This document shows positions 1-9,752 of a stretch of 64,000 nucleotides of DNA, in pieces; within the stretch, counting starts at the first letter, position 1, and each line of letters opens with the position of its first letter. The DNA comes from Candidatus Marinacidobacterales bacterium (GTDB lineage: Bacteria > Acidobacteriota > Vicinamibacteria > Marinacidobacterales > DATDRI01): contig CBDCNP010000002.1 in assembly GCA_965219415.1 (NCBI GenBank), positions 5,344,001-5,408,000 of the forward strand. Reading direction: 5' to 3'. The notes below the pieces were generated by a model. That model worked only from the letters and a program-made list of their open reading frames with translations, made no database searches and was not told the DNA's origin. The position numbers and the translations under genes are program-made.

Positions 1-768
1 CTACTACTATTTTCCGACGCAAGTCGCGCCCTATGACGATTCGCGCGTGCGGCGCGCCATCAATTACGCACTCAACAAACGAGCGCTTCTGGATTCCAGT
101 CGTTTTACCGCGGGGACTCCGGCCGCGACGGGTATCGTGCCGCCAGGGATCCCAGGATTCTTGCCGATGGGTGCATCCTGGGGACACGACGCTGATAAGG
201 CGAAGAAGCTCCTGGCGAAGGCGGGTTATCCAGAGGGAAGAAACCTTCCCCCATCAAGACGATCGTCTGTGGACGGGAAGACCCATACTCGACGGCCCGC
301 AGAGAATGCATCACCAGTTGCCTGTCCAAGATAGGCATTGAGGTAAAACCCCACAAGGTACGCCGATTCCCCTCATTGGACAATCCTATCTTCCAGGAGA
401 GTCCTTTCCTTCGGTACAACGGATGGATCGCCGACTTCCCGGACCCGGACAACTTCCTGCGCGTCTTGTTCCATTCCACGTCACCCGTCAATCGTTCCGG
501 CTACAACAACCCTGAGGTGGACAGCCTGCTCGACCTAGCCTGGTCAGAGACCAGCTATAAGGAGCGGAACAATCTCTACCGGCGTATCGAGAAGATGATC
601 CTTCATGACTCGCCTATCATCCCTCTCGACTACGGTCGGTCCCGCTTTCTGGTTCGTCCCAACGTGCGGGGTTTCTCCCTATCACCGATGGGCTACACCT
701 ATATCAAGATGAACAAGATCTGGCTCGACGAGTCGGAGACCGAAGAATCCAAGCCCAAGGATCTCTAG
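1..768 (+). CDS. ABC transporter family-5 (OppA/DppA-like) substrate-binding protein, C-terminal part; one frameshift
   Basis: Frame +2 reads PYDDSRVRRAINYALNK...AKKLLAKAGYPEG. Frame +1 continues PIKTIVCG...IGIEV...GWIADFPDPDNFL...YNNPEVDSLLD...PIIPL. The frames join if the C5 run at 248-252 is C6. The 5' end lies outside the window. Confidence 0.85.
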
Positions 769-773
769 CCCCG

Positions 774-2348
774 ATGCTCACTCGTCACCCCTTGAGCTTG
801 CGGAGCCGCTTCATCCTGAGCTCCACGGTGCTCATCACCCTTCTCATGATCATCGTGGTCTTCTTCGTGGAACGCCGACAGACGGCGGTGATCCTGGATC
901 AAGTGCGCGAACACGGTGCCGCCCTGGCCAAAGCGGTGGCCGATCTGTCGGTGACTCCCCTCCTCTACTACGACACCGTCGCTCTGCAACAAAACATGAA
1001 AGCGGCGGAAGACCCCGACATCCTCTACGCCATCATCTTCAGTCGCAACGCCAAAGCCCTGGCCTCCAATCAGGACGCCCGGCGCAGCTTCCCCGCAGAG
1101 CTCTTCGAAATGGGTGCCGAAATGGGGCGCATCGAGGAGGGCCGCGTGCTGATGGGATCCTTGACGTTCGAGACGCCGGCATCCAGCGACAATGAGTCGA
1201 TGCAGGAAATCGAGGTCTTGGAGATCGTGGCCCCGATTCTCGCCGGTGAAGACGAGCTTTGGGGAGCGGTGAAGTTAGGGCTATCGCTCGAACAGCTCAA
1301 TGCAGAGATCCATCGCACCCGAATCGGCCTGGTGAGCCTCGGCTTCCTGGGGCTCGCCTTGGGCACCTTGGGAGCCATGTTCCTAGCCAAAAGGATCAGC
1401 AGCCCACTCGAAACCCTCGTGGAAGGAACGATCAAGGTCGCGCAGGGTGACCTGAACCACCGCATCCACATCGCCCCGGGGGATGAGATCGGAGAGCTCG
1501 CCGCGAACTTCAACCAAATGACCGCTCAGATTCTGGAAGACCGGCGTGAGATCGAAAGGACCTCCCGGCGACTCATCGAAGTCGAAAAACTGGCAACCAT
1601 CGGTCGACTGGCGGCCGCCATGGCGCACGAGATCCGGAACCCGTTGACCGCTATCAAACTCAACATCCAAAAGGTCGGCAAGAGTCCCTCGCTCGCCGCC
1701 CACGAGAAAGAGCAGGTCCAAATCGCGGAGAGCGGCATTCATCAAGTCGAACGAATCGTGAAGGAACTACTGGCCTATGCCCGAGAACCGATCCTCACCA
1801 AGGACTTCTTTTCCTTGGACAACCCCGTGGACGACGCTCTCAAGTTCGTCAAGGATCAACTCGAGGATAAGAACGTCCGCATCGTCAAGGAGTACGCTTC
1901 CGATCTACCGCTCATCCTTGTCGACGGTGACAAGCTACGCCAAGCCTTCTTGAACATTTTTCTCAATTCCGCCGAGGCTGTGGGAGCGGGAGGCAAAGTC
2001 GTGGTCAGGACCGCCCTGCTTCCAGAGCCGCCAGAGACGTCTGCAACCGAAGGCGGGGAGAAACCACGTGTGATGGTTGAAATTGAGGATGACGGAGCGG
2101 GCATCGATGAAAAGGAACTCCAGTCTATTTTCGAGCCGTTTTTCACGACCAAGAGCCTCGGGACCGGCCTCGGGCTCACCAACGCGCGCAAGGTCATCGA
2201 GCTCCACGATGGGACGGTCGCTGTAAAGAGTACGGTCTCGGTGGGTACTACCGTGACCATCAACTTGTCCTACGAGGACGTCCAACCGACAAGCCACAAA
2301 CCGGGCGTGGCGACGAAAGATTCCCATGAAGTCCATCCTAGCCATTGA
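774..2348 (+). CDS. HAMP-domain sensor histidine kinase (NtrB/AtoS-like)
   Basis: Two TM segments, HAMP (DEIGELAANFNQM), H-box AHEIRNPL, N-box, G boxes DDGAGI and FFTTKSLGTGLGL. Confidence 0.95.
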   Translation: MLTRHPLSLRSRFILSSTVLITLLMIIVVFFVERRQTAVILDQVREHGAALAKAVADLSVTPLLYYDTVALQQNMKAAEDPDILYAIIFSRNAKALASNQDARRSFPAELFEMGAEMGRIEEGRVLMGSLTFETPASSDNESMQEIEVLEIVAPILAGEDELWGAVKLGLSLEQLNAEIHRTRIGLVSLGFLGLALGTLGAMFLAKRISSPLETLVEGTIKVAQGDLNHRIHIAPGDEIGELAANFNQMTAQILEDRREIERTSRRLIEVEKLATIGRLAAAMAHEIRNPLTAIKLNIQKVGKSPSLAAHEKEQVQIAESGIHQVERIVKELLAYAREPILTKDFFSLDNPVDDALKFVKDQLEDKNVRIVKEYASDLPLILVDGDKLRQAFLNIFLNSAEAVGAGGKVVVRTALLPEPPETSATEGGEKPRVMVEIEDDGAGIDEKELQSIFEPFFTTKSLGTGLGLTNARKVIELHDGTVAVKSTVSVGTTVTINLSYEDVQPTSHKPGVATKDSHEVHPSH

Positions 2349-3696
2349 CGACGATCGACTGATCCGCCAAACCTTCAAGAGCCACCTCTCCGGAGAGGGT
2401 TTCGAGGTTCACCTCGCCGCCGATGGCAAAGAGGGCGTAGAGCGATTCAAGGATTTAGAGCCGGATCTGGTAATCCTGGACATCCACCTTCCGGAGCTCG
2501 ATGGTCTCGGCGTGCTAAAACAGATCAGGGCGGTCGATCCCAAAGCATACGTCATCATGATCACCGCCTTCGATGATATGCGCACCACGGTCGAGGCGGT
2601 GAAGCTCGGTGCCTTCGAGTACATCTGTAAGCCTATCGACTACGACGAGCTGCTCCTCAGCATCCACAAGGCGATGCGGATGCAGGAAATGGACACCAAG
2701 CTCGATTACATCGTCACCGAGGCCTCTCGGGAGTGGAGTATCGATAACATCATCGGCCGCACATCGCAGATGCGCGAAGTGTTCAAGACCATCGGCATGC
2801 TCTCCCGGAGTAAGACCACCTCACTCATTCGGGGTGAATCCGGAACCGGAAAAGAACTGGTGGCGCGCGCCATCCATTACAACGCCGACAATCGTCACGA
2901 GCCGTTCGTAGCGGTCAACTGCACCGCTTTGGCGGAAGGCGTTCTCGAGAGCGAGCTCTTTGGTCACGTACGTGGAGCCTTCACCGGTGCGGTACGTGAC
3001 AGCCGAGGCAAGATCGAGATTGCCGGCAACGGAACCCTCTTCCTCGACGAGATCGGCGACATCTCACCGAACCTTCAGGCCAAATTTCTGAGAGTCGTCG
3101 AGAATCGAGAGTACTCGCGTGTCGGCGGAGAAAAGACCCAGCGTACCGAGGCACGCATCATCGGGGCCACCAATCGAAACTTGGAAGATCTAGTCCGGCG
3201 AGATGCCTTCCGGGAAGACCTCTACTATCGACTCAAGGTGGTAGAAGTCATCCTACCACCGTTGCGAGAAAGGCGCGACGACGTTCCGGCATTAGTGGCC
3301 CACCTGTTGCAGAAGATCAACCGACAACTGCACACCAACGTTCGCAAGGTACCGGACAGCGTCATGCAGCTTCTTGTGAACTACGAATGGAAAGGCAACG
3401 TCCGGGAGCTCGAGAACGCCCTGACCCGAGCCGTCACTTTGTCGCGAGGAGACGTGTTGGTGGGGGAGCATTTGCCGCTGGTCTCTGCGGAGCCCGGCAA
3501 GATTCCCAGCGAGCTCATGTCCCTGAGGGAAATGGAGAAGCAGTACATCGACCACGTGCTGCGCTCCACACGCTGGAACAAGTCGCGAGCCAGTGAGATC
3601 TTGGGGATCACCCGTCCCACCCTCGACAAGAAGATCAGAGACTACGAATTGGTCGACCCCCGAAAGACCGAAGAGGCGCTCTCGGAAAAGCCGTAG
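2326..3696 (+). CDS. Sigma54-dependent response regulator (NtrC/AtoC family)
   Basis: Receiver domain, Walker A GESGTGKE, GAFTGA, FLDEIGD, C-terminal Fis HTH. Confidence 0.96.
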   Translation: MKSILAIDDDRLIRQTFKSHLSGEGFEVHLAADGKEGVERFKDLEPDLVILDIHLPELDGLGVLKQIRAVDPKAYVIMITAFDDMRTTVEAVKLGAFEYICKPIDYDELLLSIHKAMRMQEMDTKLDYIVTEASREWSIDNIIGRTSQMREVFKTIGMLSRSKTTSLIRGESGTGKELVARAIHYNADNRHEPFVAVNCTALAEGVLESELFGHVRGAFTGAVRDSRGKIEIAGNGTLFLDEIGDISPNLQAKFLRVVENREYSRVGGEKTQRTEARIIGATNRNLEDLVRRDAFREDLYYRLKVVEVILPPLRERRDDVPALVAHLLQKINRQLHTNVRKVPDSVMQLLVNYEWKGNVRELENALTRAVTLSRGDVLVGEHLPLVSAEPGKIPSELMSLREMEKQYIDHVLRSTRWNKSRASEILGITRPTLDKKIRDYELVDPRKTEEALSEKP

Positions 3697-3717
3697 GCGC
3701 GTGGCTCTCCCTCCACA

Positions 3718-4353
3718 TCATTTCTTGATCACCAACATAACGCCGTCCCGGATGGTCAGCAGGACGTGATCCACTCGATCGTCCTTGCTCACTCGCTCGT
3801 TTAGAGTAGCAATGGCACGGGTTTCCTCGTCCTGGGGATCCAGCACTCGGCCGCTCCACAGCACGTTGTCCACCGCGATGGCGCCTCCCGGTCGGAGCCT
3901 CTCCAAACAAAGCTCGTAGTAAGAGGGATAGTTTTCCTTATCGGCATCGATGAAAGCGAAGTCGAAGGGGCCCTCGAGTTTTTCGAGCGTTTCGAGCGCC
4001 GGTCCCATACGGATTTCGATCTTGCTGCCGTGGGGACTCTCTTGGAAATAGCGGCGGGCGAGGGCTTCCGCTTTGGGGTTCACTTCGCACGTGATGAGCT
4101 CACCATCGTCGGGAAGCGCCTCTGCCATCGAGAGTGCGCTGTAGCCGGTGAACATGCCGACCTCGACAATGCGGCGGGCTTGGAACGCTCTCACCATCAA
4201 TCGCAGGAAGCCGCCCTCCAGTCGTCCGGTGAGCATCTCCGGGTCTTTCATCGACCCGTGCGTTTCCTGGGCGAGACGATTCAACAGCTCGGGCTGAGGC
4301 CGAGTGTGATTGGCGGCGTACGCTTCGATCCTCTCGTCTACTAAAGCGATCAT
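3718..4353 (-). CDS. Class I SAM-dependent O-methyltransferase (caffeoyl-CoA OMT-like)
   Basis: VEVGMFTGYSAL, FDFAFIDADKENY, VDNVLWSG, IRDG. Confidence 0.93.
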   Translation of the reverse strand: MIALVDERIEAYAANHTRPQPELLNRLAQETHGSMKDPEMLTGRLEGGFLRLMVRAFQARRIVEVGMFTGYSALSMAEALPDDGELITCEVNPKAEALARRYFQESPHGSKIEIRMGPALETLEKLEGPFDFAFIDADKENYPSYYELCLERLRPGGAIAVDNVLWSGRVLDPQDEETRAIATLNERVSKDDRVDHVLLTIRDGVMLVIKK

Positions 4354-4386
4354 TCCGTGTCCCTCCCAGAGTTGTACTAACTTCTC

Positions 4387-4803
4387 CTAACCAATAATTT
4401 GAATCACATAGTTCCGGCTCCGAGGCCGGGTGTCGAAATCGATAATAACGATCTGTTGCCAGGTGCCTAGGACCAGCCCCCCGTGCTCGAACGGTACGGC
4501 CAGCGAAGGACCAAGAAAGGAAGCACGAATGTGACTGTGGCCGTTGTCGTCGCCCCAGGTCTCATGGTGTCGATATTCGAGCTCTCTCGGCATGAGTCGA
4601 TTGAACGCTGCGTCTAGATCCTTCACCAGGCCGGGCTCGAACTCGACGGTGGTCACGCCGGCCGTCGAACCCGTCACGAACACTGTCGCAACGCCGGTCT
4701 CGATTCCAGCTTCGGCAACCGAGCTCGCGACGTCGGAAGTAATATCGATGACGTGAGTGTTGCCTCGGCTCTCCACAGTTTTTTTGACGCTAACCACCGA
4801 CAT
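4387..4803 (-). CDS. YjbQ/UPF0047 family protein (secondary thiamine-phosphate synthase)
   Basis: GSTAGVTTVE, HH...DDNGHSHIRAS, LGTWQQI..DFD. The ATG at 4803 is preferred over 4854. Confidence 0.9.
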   Translation of the reverse strand: MSVVSVKKTVESRGNTHVIDITSDVASSVAEAGIETGVATVFVTGSTAGVTTVEFEPGLVKDLDAAFNRLMPRELEYRHHETWGDDNGHSHIRASFLGPSLAVPFEHGGLVLGTWQQIVIIDFDTRPRSRNYVIQIIG

Positions 4804-4949
4804 TCGTTCCGCTCCTGTGCCGGGAATGGTAACACCAAGTATCCACCCCTTCATCCTTGACTGCGATCTTCCAGGACATTAATTTAGAGGTGTTGGCGCG
4901 CCCGACAGCCCTAACAACCCTGACAAGCCTGACAGGTCGACAGAATCTC

Positions 4950-6098
4950 ATGGACGATCGGGAAACCCTCGAGCTCGCACGCCATCTCGTGCGTATCAAC
5001 TCGGTCAACCCCAAACTCGTGCCCGGAGCCCCGGGGGAACAAGAGATTGCTGGCTTTGTGCACACCTTTCTCGAAGAGCACGGCGTCGAAGCCGAGATGG
5101 TCGAGGTCGAGCCGGCGAGACCGAATGTCGTGGGCCGTCTGCCGGGCGGCGACGATGGGCCCAGTCTTCTATTGTGTTGTCATATGGATACGGTCAGCGC
5201 CGAAGGGATGGAAGACCCGTTCGAGGCGCGGATCGAAGACGGCAAGCTATACGGCCGCGGCGCGCACGATATTAAGGGCGGTCTAGCCGCCTTGCTCGCA
5301 GCAGCTTCCAAGCTTGCCGAGGGCTCTCCAAACGGGGGAGAGATCATTGTCGCCGCGGTCGTCGATGAGGAATATCAATCTTCCGGTACCGAGGCGCTGG
5401 TCAAAACCGTTCAGGCGGACGCCGCGATCGTATTCGAGCCCTCTGACTTGAAGGTCTTGGTTGCCCACAAGGGTTTCGCCTGGTTCCATATCGAAACGCA
5501 AGGAAAAGCCGCACACGGAAGCCGTCCCGCGGAGGGTATCGACGCCATCGCGCACATGGGACGTGTTCTCGTCGGCCTCGAGGACCTCGACCGAAAACTG
5601 CGAGACATTTCGCCTCACCCTCGCCTCGGCACGCCGTCCATCCATGCCTCGCTCATACGAGGCGGTCGGGAGCTTTCCAGCTATCCGGATCGCTGCGGGC
5701 TCGACGTCGAGCGGCGCACGCTCCCCGGCGAGTCAGAAGCCGATGCCGAAACCGAGCTCGACGCTCTGCTCGAGCGACTCCAGCAAGAGGACCCCCGTTT
5801 CAAGGCCGAGTGCAAGCTGACGTTTGCCCGCCCGCCCTACGAGATCTCCACATCCCATGCCCTGCCGCAGGCTGTGGCACGGGCCATCGAGCGCGCAATT
5901 GAGAGAGGAGTCGAGTTCGGCGGACTCACCGCATGGACCGACTCCGCAATCCTAGCGGAGGCGGCGATCCCGAGCGTGATCTTTGGCCCCGGCGGAGCGG
6001 GTCTCCACAGCCTGGTCGAGTATGCGGAGGTCCAAGACATCTACGACTGCCGCGACGTTTTGGTAGAGCTGGCCCAGGAGTATTGCCGAAGGATTTAG
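4950..6098 (+). CDS. M20 family deacylase (ArgE/DapE-like)
   Basis: HMDTV, YGRGAHDIKGG, DEE, GKAAHGS, WTD, FGPG, HS. Confidence 0.92.
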   Translation: MDDRETLELARHLVRINSVNPKLVPGAPGEQEIAGFVHTFLEEHGVEAEMVEVEPARPNVVGRLPGGDDGPSLLLCCHMDTVSAEGMEDPFEARIEDGKLYGRGAHDIKGGLAALLAAASKLAEGSPNGGEIIVAAVVDEEYQSSGTEALVKTVQADAAIVFEPSDLKVLVAHKGFAWFHIETQGKAAHGSRPAEGIDAIAHMGRVLVGLEDLDRKLRDISPHPRLGTPSIHASLIRGGRELSSYPDRCGLDVERRTLPGESEADAETELDALLERLQQEDPRFKAECKLTFARPPYEISTSHALPQAVARAIERAIERGVEFGGLTAWTDSAILAEAAIPSVIFGPGGAGLHSLVEYAEVQDIYDCRDVLVELAQEYCRRI

Positions 6099-7225
6099 CG
6101 GTTCCGCCATTCGTCGTAGAGGGCGATGAACTCCGGATCGCGCTTCTTCAACTTTTCGTAGTCGACCTTCCTGCTGCGGGTCATCAGTTCGTAAGTGAGT
6201 GGGATCGGCTCCAGGTCGCTCTTTTGTTGCGCGTTCTCGAGCCAAACCAAACTGGACTCTGCTGCATTTTGCAAATCTTCGACAACTGGTTTTCGGACGC
6301 TCTGATATTGAGCCAAGGCGCCCGCCACGTCGGTGGTGCCACGAATACAATCGGCGAGAGAGATGGCGTCTTCGAGCGCCAACTTGGTACCGGAACCGAT
6401 CGAGAAATGAGCGGTGTGAGCGGCGTCACCGAGGAGTACCGTGTTTTCGTGAACCCAGTTTTCGTTCCGCACGATGATAAAATTGAGCCACCGTAAGAAG
6501 TTGTTGTGCAGAAGAGGCTCTCCTTCGAGGTCGTCCTTGAAGACTTCTTCCAAGTAACGGCACGTCTGTGCATCGTCCTTGGCTCCGAGGCTCGCCCTTT
6601 CCCATGCCTCTCCCACGCACTCAACGATGAAAGTGCTGTGGGTCTCGTTGAATTTGTAGGCATGGGCGACGAAGAGCCCGGCCTCGTTGGTGCGTAGAAT
6701 CAGCGTCAATCCGTGGAACAGACGCTTCGTACCTAGCCAGATGTATTGGTTCTTCCTTACATCGAGGCTGGGCTTGAAAGTGCTTTCATAAGTCTTCCGC
6801 ACCAAACTATTGGCTCCGTCGGCGGCCACTAACAAGTCACAATCCGCTGCATCGCCCACGTTCGCGATGTTGGTGAGAAACTGCATGTCCACACCAAGGC
6901 CCTTGCAACGTTCTTGGAGAATGTTGAGAAAGGCGACTCGAGCGATACCTGAAAACTGGTTGCCCAAAACTGAGTGCTTCACGCCGCGATGAACGACGTC
7001 CACGTTCGGCCAGGTCTCGAAGGCTCGGGTGATACCTTGGTGAGACTCTCGATCGGCATCTCTTAGGTAAGTCATTGTTTTGTCGGAGAAAACGATCCCC
7101 CAGCCGTAGGTATCGTTGGGCCCGTCGCGCTCGTAGAGCGTGATCTTGTGTCCCGGGTCGAGGTTCTTCATCAGAATGGAGAAGTAGAGGCCGGCGGGCC
7201 CTCCTCCGACGACATTGATCTTCAT
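6095..7225 (-). CDS. FAD-dependent monooxygenase, like the N-terminal domain of salicylyl-CoA 5-hydroxylase / anthraniloyl-CoA monooxygenase
   Basis: GGGPAGLY, TYGWGIVFSD, AADGANS, GDAAHTAHFSIGSGTKLALED, MTRSRKV. Confidence 0.88.
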   Translation of the reverse strand: MKINVVGGGPAGLYFSILMKNLDPGHKITLYERDGPNDTYGWGIVFSDKTMTYLRDADRESHQGITRAFETWPNVDVVHRGVKHSVLGNQFSGIARVAFLNILQERCKGLGVDMQFLTNIANVGDAADCDLLVAADGANSLVRKTYESTFKPSLDVRKNQYIWLGTKRLFHGLTLILRTNEAGLFVAHAYKFNETHSTFIVECVGEAWERASLGAKDDAQTCRYLEEVFKDDLEGEPLLHNNFLRWLNFIIVRNENWVHENTVLLGDAAHTAHFSIGSGTKLALEDAISLADCIRGTTDVAGALAQYQSVRKPVVEDLQNAAESSLVWLENAQQKSDLEPIPLTYELMTRSRKVDYEKLKKRDPEFIALYDEWRNR

Positions 7226-7322
7226 CGTCGGATAGTACTCATGGTTCACCGAGAGGGCAATTGAAGTGGTGCAGGGAATCTAATATACAGGTGATCGCTT
7301 AGTACTAAGAGGGAGGATTTCA

Positions 7323-7769
7323 ATGTCGAGCATACCGCCACCACCACCGCCACCGCAGATGTCCCCGCCGACACAGGCTGGTGACCCCGTGCAAGAGGTT
7401 TCGGGCCCAGCCATCGGGCTCTTGATCACAGCGGTCATCGGTGGATTCTTCGCGTTCCTTGGTTTGCTCGCGAATCTACTGGGAGTCAGCCTCGCTACCA
7501 TGATGGCGGGAAGCGCCGAGGAGGAATTCGCTCGGTATCTCTCGGGAGGGTTCGGTATCACTTCGAACGTCCTGTATCTCTTGGTGGCGGGATTTGTCGT
7601 CTACGGGTCCCTCGAGATGAAGAGACTCAGCCAGTACGGTCTCGCCGTCGCGGCCAGCGTCGTCGCAATGGTGCCTTGCGTCAGCCCTTGCTGCATCATC
7701 GGGCTTCCGGTTGGGATTTGGAGCCTGGTAACGCTAACCAAGCCCCACATTAAGGAAGCTTTCCATTAG
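7323..7769 (+). CDS. Small membrane protein with a Pro-rich N-terminus
   Basis: Poly-Pro start, about 3-4 TM helices, PCVSPCC..GLPVGIWSL; RBS GGAGG upstream. Confidence 0.8.
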   Translation: MSSIPPPPPPPQMSPPTQAGDPVQEVSGPAIGLLITAVIGGFFAFLGLLANLLGVSLATMMAGSAEEEFARYLSGGFGITSNVLYLLVAGFVVYGSLEMKRLSQYGLAVAASVVAMVPCVSPCCIIGLPVGIWSLVTLTKPHIKEAFH

Positions 7770-7874
7770 AACGAAGAGTGTCCGCCTTCGCTGAAGCTTC
7801 GGCGGGACCTCGCCGAAGCTGGCTTGGTTGGATTCGTGAAGCCAGCGAAGGCGGGAGCGCGCATTGAGGCACTA

Positions 7875-8318
7875 ATGCCCCGCGAGCCCGCAGCACCCCA
7901 CCTCGTGATTCTCGCGGCCTGCGCTTCGGTGCTCCTCTTCGCCAGTCTTCTCACGCCAGCCTCGAACACGGAAGCGTCGCTTCTCATCGGCGGGAAAGCG
8001 GTACCGAATTTGTGTGTGATGAAACAAGCAATGGGGGTACCTTGCCCGGGGTGCGGGTTGACACGCTCAATGGTGGCCGCTGCAAACGCGGATTGGGCGG
8101 GAAGTCTGTCGCATCATCGGATCGGTATTCTTATTCTCGTCTACCTGGTCTTGCAGTCGTTGACGCGAATAGCCTGGTTGAGCCGACCGCGCCTTCGGGA
8201 GAAGCTGGCCCGCTATTGCCGCGTGCTCGATCTCAGCCTCATCCCCATTCTGATTCTCCTCTTCATCAATTGGATCCCCACCTTGCTCGATGTGCTGTCG
8301 GCACGCACCGCCCTGTAA
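7875..8318 (+). CDS. DUF2752 family membrane protein
   Basis: LC...GVPCPGCGLTRS signature with flanking TM helices. Confidence 0.85.
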   Translation: MPREPAAPHLVILAACASVLLFASLLTPASNTEASLLIGGKAVPNLCVMKQAMGVPCPGCGLTRSMVAAANADWAGSLSHHRIGILILVYLVLQSLTRIAWLSRPRLREKLARYCRVLDLSLIPILILLFINWIPTLLDVLSARTAL

Positions 8319-8327
8319 CCCAACAAC

Positions 8328-8358
8328 AAAAAGCCCCGGCAGCTTTCGCCACCGGGGC
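8328..8358 (-). terminator. Rho-independent terminator of the sigma factor gene
   Basis: Minus strand GCCCCGGTGGC-GAAA-GCTGCCGGGGC followed by TTTTT. Confidence 0.8.
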
Positions 8359-8372
8359 CGGTTGTTCTTCTC

Positions 8373-9428
8373 TTATTTTCTCAAGAAGTAACTCAGCGCA
8401 CGCCGATCTCCGGCCGCCCGGAGACGCTGTAGAGCCTCGACTTCGAGTTGGCGAACGCGCTCGCGCGTGAGGTTCAAGACCTTGCCAATCTCCTCGAGAT
8501 TGTATTCGGAGGTGAAGCCAATCCCGAAGCGCATGCGCACGATCAGCTGCTGACGAGGAGGTAAGAGCTCGAGAGTCGCTCCCACCTTCTCACGCATGTC
8601 GCGATCGACGACAGCCTGCCAAGGAGACTCCGACCGCTCGTCGGTCTGAAGCTCCCAGCGGGGGCTTCCGTCCTCGACCGCCAGCGCGTCCAGAGACTCG
8701 AGGTGGGGAATCGATTGCATGGCCGCTTCCACCTGGTAAGCCGGCGCGCCGACCGCCTTCGCGAGCTCCTTCGTGGTCGGTGCTCGTCCGAGTTGCTCCT
8801 CCAGCTTGACCTTGGAGCGGGTCGCGATCCGGACGAGCTCCAGCTTGTTGATGGGCACCTTAATGGTCCGTGACTTCTGCGACAAGGCTCGCGTGATGGC
8901 CTGGCGAATCCACCACGTAGCATAGGTCGAGAACTTCAGATTGCGGCGAGGGTCGAACCGCTCGACCGCCTGCATGAGCCCGATGTTTCCCTCTTGCACC
9001 AGGTCGGTAAGCTCCATGCCCATATTCTTGTAGCGCTTGGCGATCGAAACGACCAACCGAAGGTTGCTTTCGATCATCCGGGCCCTGGTCTCATCGAACT
9101 CCTTTTGAGCAGCCCGCCTCTTGCTTGTGGTCGAACCCTTGCGTTTGAGCGCCCGCTCGGACTTTCGCATGGCCCGAGAGACCTTCTGCTCCTGCTCTCG
9201 GTTGAGGAGCGGATGACGGTGCGTTTCCTTGAGGTACTGGCCAAGTGTGTCGAGCTCTCCCACACCGGGATTGGCGGTATGGGCGGTACTCGCGGTATGG
9301 GCGATACTCGCGGTAGCGGCGGTACGCGCTGGCACCTCGAGCTCCGGCTCCGCCGCCTCCACGGCGACGCGGCCGTCTACGTCCGCCTCGTAGGTGCTGT
9401 CGGAGATCTCGATATCAGTCGTTCTCAT
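8373..9428 (-). CDS. RpoD/RpoS-like (group 2) sigma-70 factor lacking region 1.1
   Basis: LGQYLKE (region 1.2), ESNLRLVVSIAKRY, DLVQEGNIGLMQAVERFDP, FSTYATWWIRQAI, LTRERVRQLE. Start 9428 chosen because the sigma54 promoter lies inside the longer ORF. Confidence 0.93.
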   Translation of the reverse strand: MRTTDIEISDSTYEADVDGRVAVEAAEPELEVPARTAATASIAHTASTAHTANPGVGELDTLGQYLKETHRHPLLNREQEQKVSRAMRKSERALKRKGSTTSKRRAAQKEFDETRARMIESNLRLVVSIAKRYKNMGMELTDLVQEGNIGLMQAVERFDPRRNLKFSTYATWWIRQAITRALSQKSRTIKVPINKLELVRIATRSKVKLEEQLGRAPTTKELAKAVGAPAYQVEAAMQSIPHLESLDALAVEDGSPRWELQTDERSESPWQAVVDRDMREKVGATLELLPPRQQLIVRMRFGIGFTSEYNLEEIGKVLNLTRERVRQLEVEALQRLRAAGDRRALSYFLRK

Positions 9429-9481
9429 AAGTTCTTCCCTTTCCTGAGGACGGGCTCCCCTCCTCTCAAGTTCCATATCCT

Positions 9482-9607
9482 TCAAGTCCCGTGCCAAAGC
9501 GCGGTTTAGCCTCGATGTCATTACTAATCAGCGAGTTAGAGCTTTTGAGGGGGTTTCTCGCCTGAGCCGAAAGCCTCAAACCTTTACACTCCCTGTCCAC
9601 TTTTTAC
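9482..9607 (-). promoter_or_regulatory. Sigma54 (-24/-12) promoter with IHF site and candidate activator sites
   Basis: Minus strand TTGGCACGGGACTTGA (9482-9497). AATCAGCGAGTTA at 9526-9538 fits the IHF consensus WATCARNNNNTTR. TGTAAAGGTTTGA and GTAAAAAGTGGACA at 9576-9607. Confidence 0.7.
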
Positions 9608-9653
9608 CCCTTCCGCGTCCTCATTATTCCGGGAACCCCTCCATTTCCCATTA

Positions 9654-9685
9654 AACTTGACCAAAAAGATGAGGATTTATAGTAT
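9654..9685 (+). promoter_or_regulatory. Sigma70 promoter of the cysM operon, overlapped by a possible Rrf2 (IscR/CymR-type) operator
   Basis: TTGACC-17 bp-TAGTAT. The surrounding AAACTTGACCAAAAAGATGAGGATT resembles IscR type-1 sites. Confidence 0.55.
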
Positions 9686-9752
9686 GCATAGGTATACAAA
9701 GTCCGCAAGGAACCGACCACTTAGGGAGAGCTGGGTCTTGACGAAACCCAGA

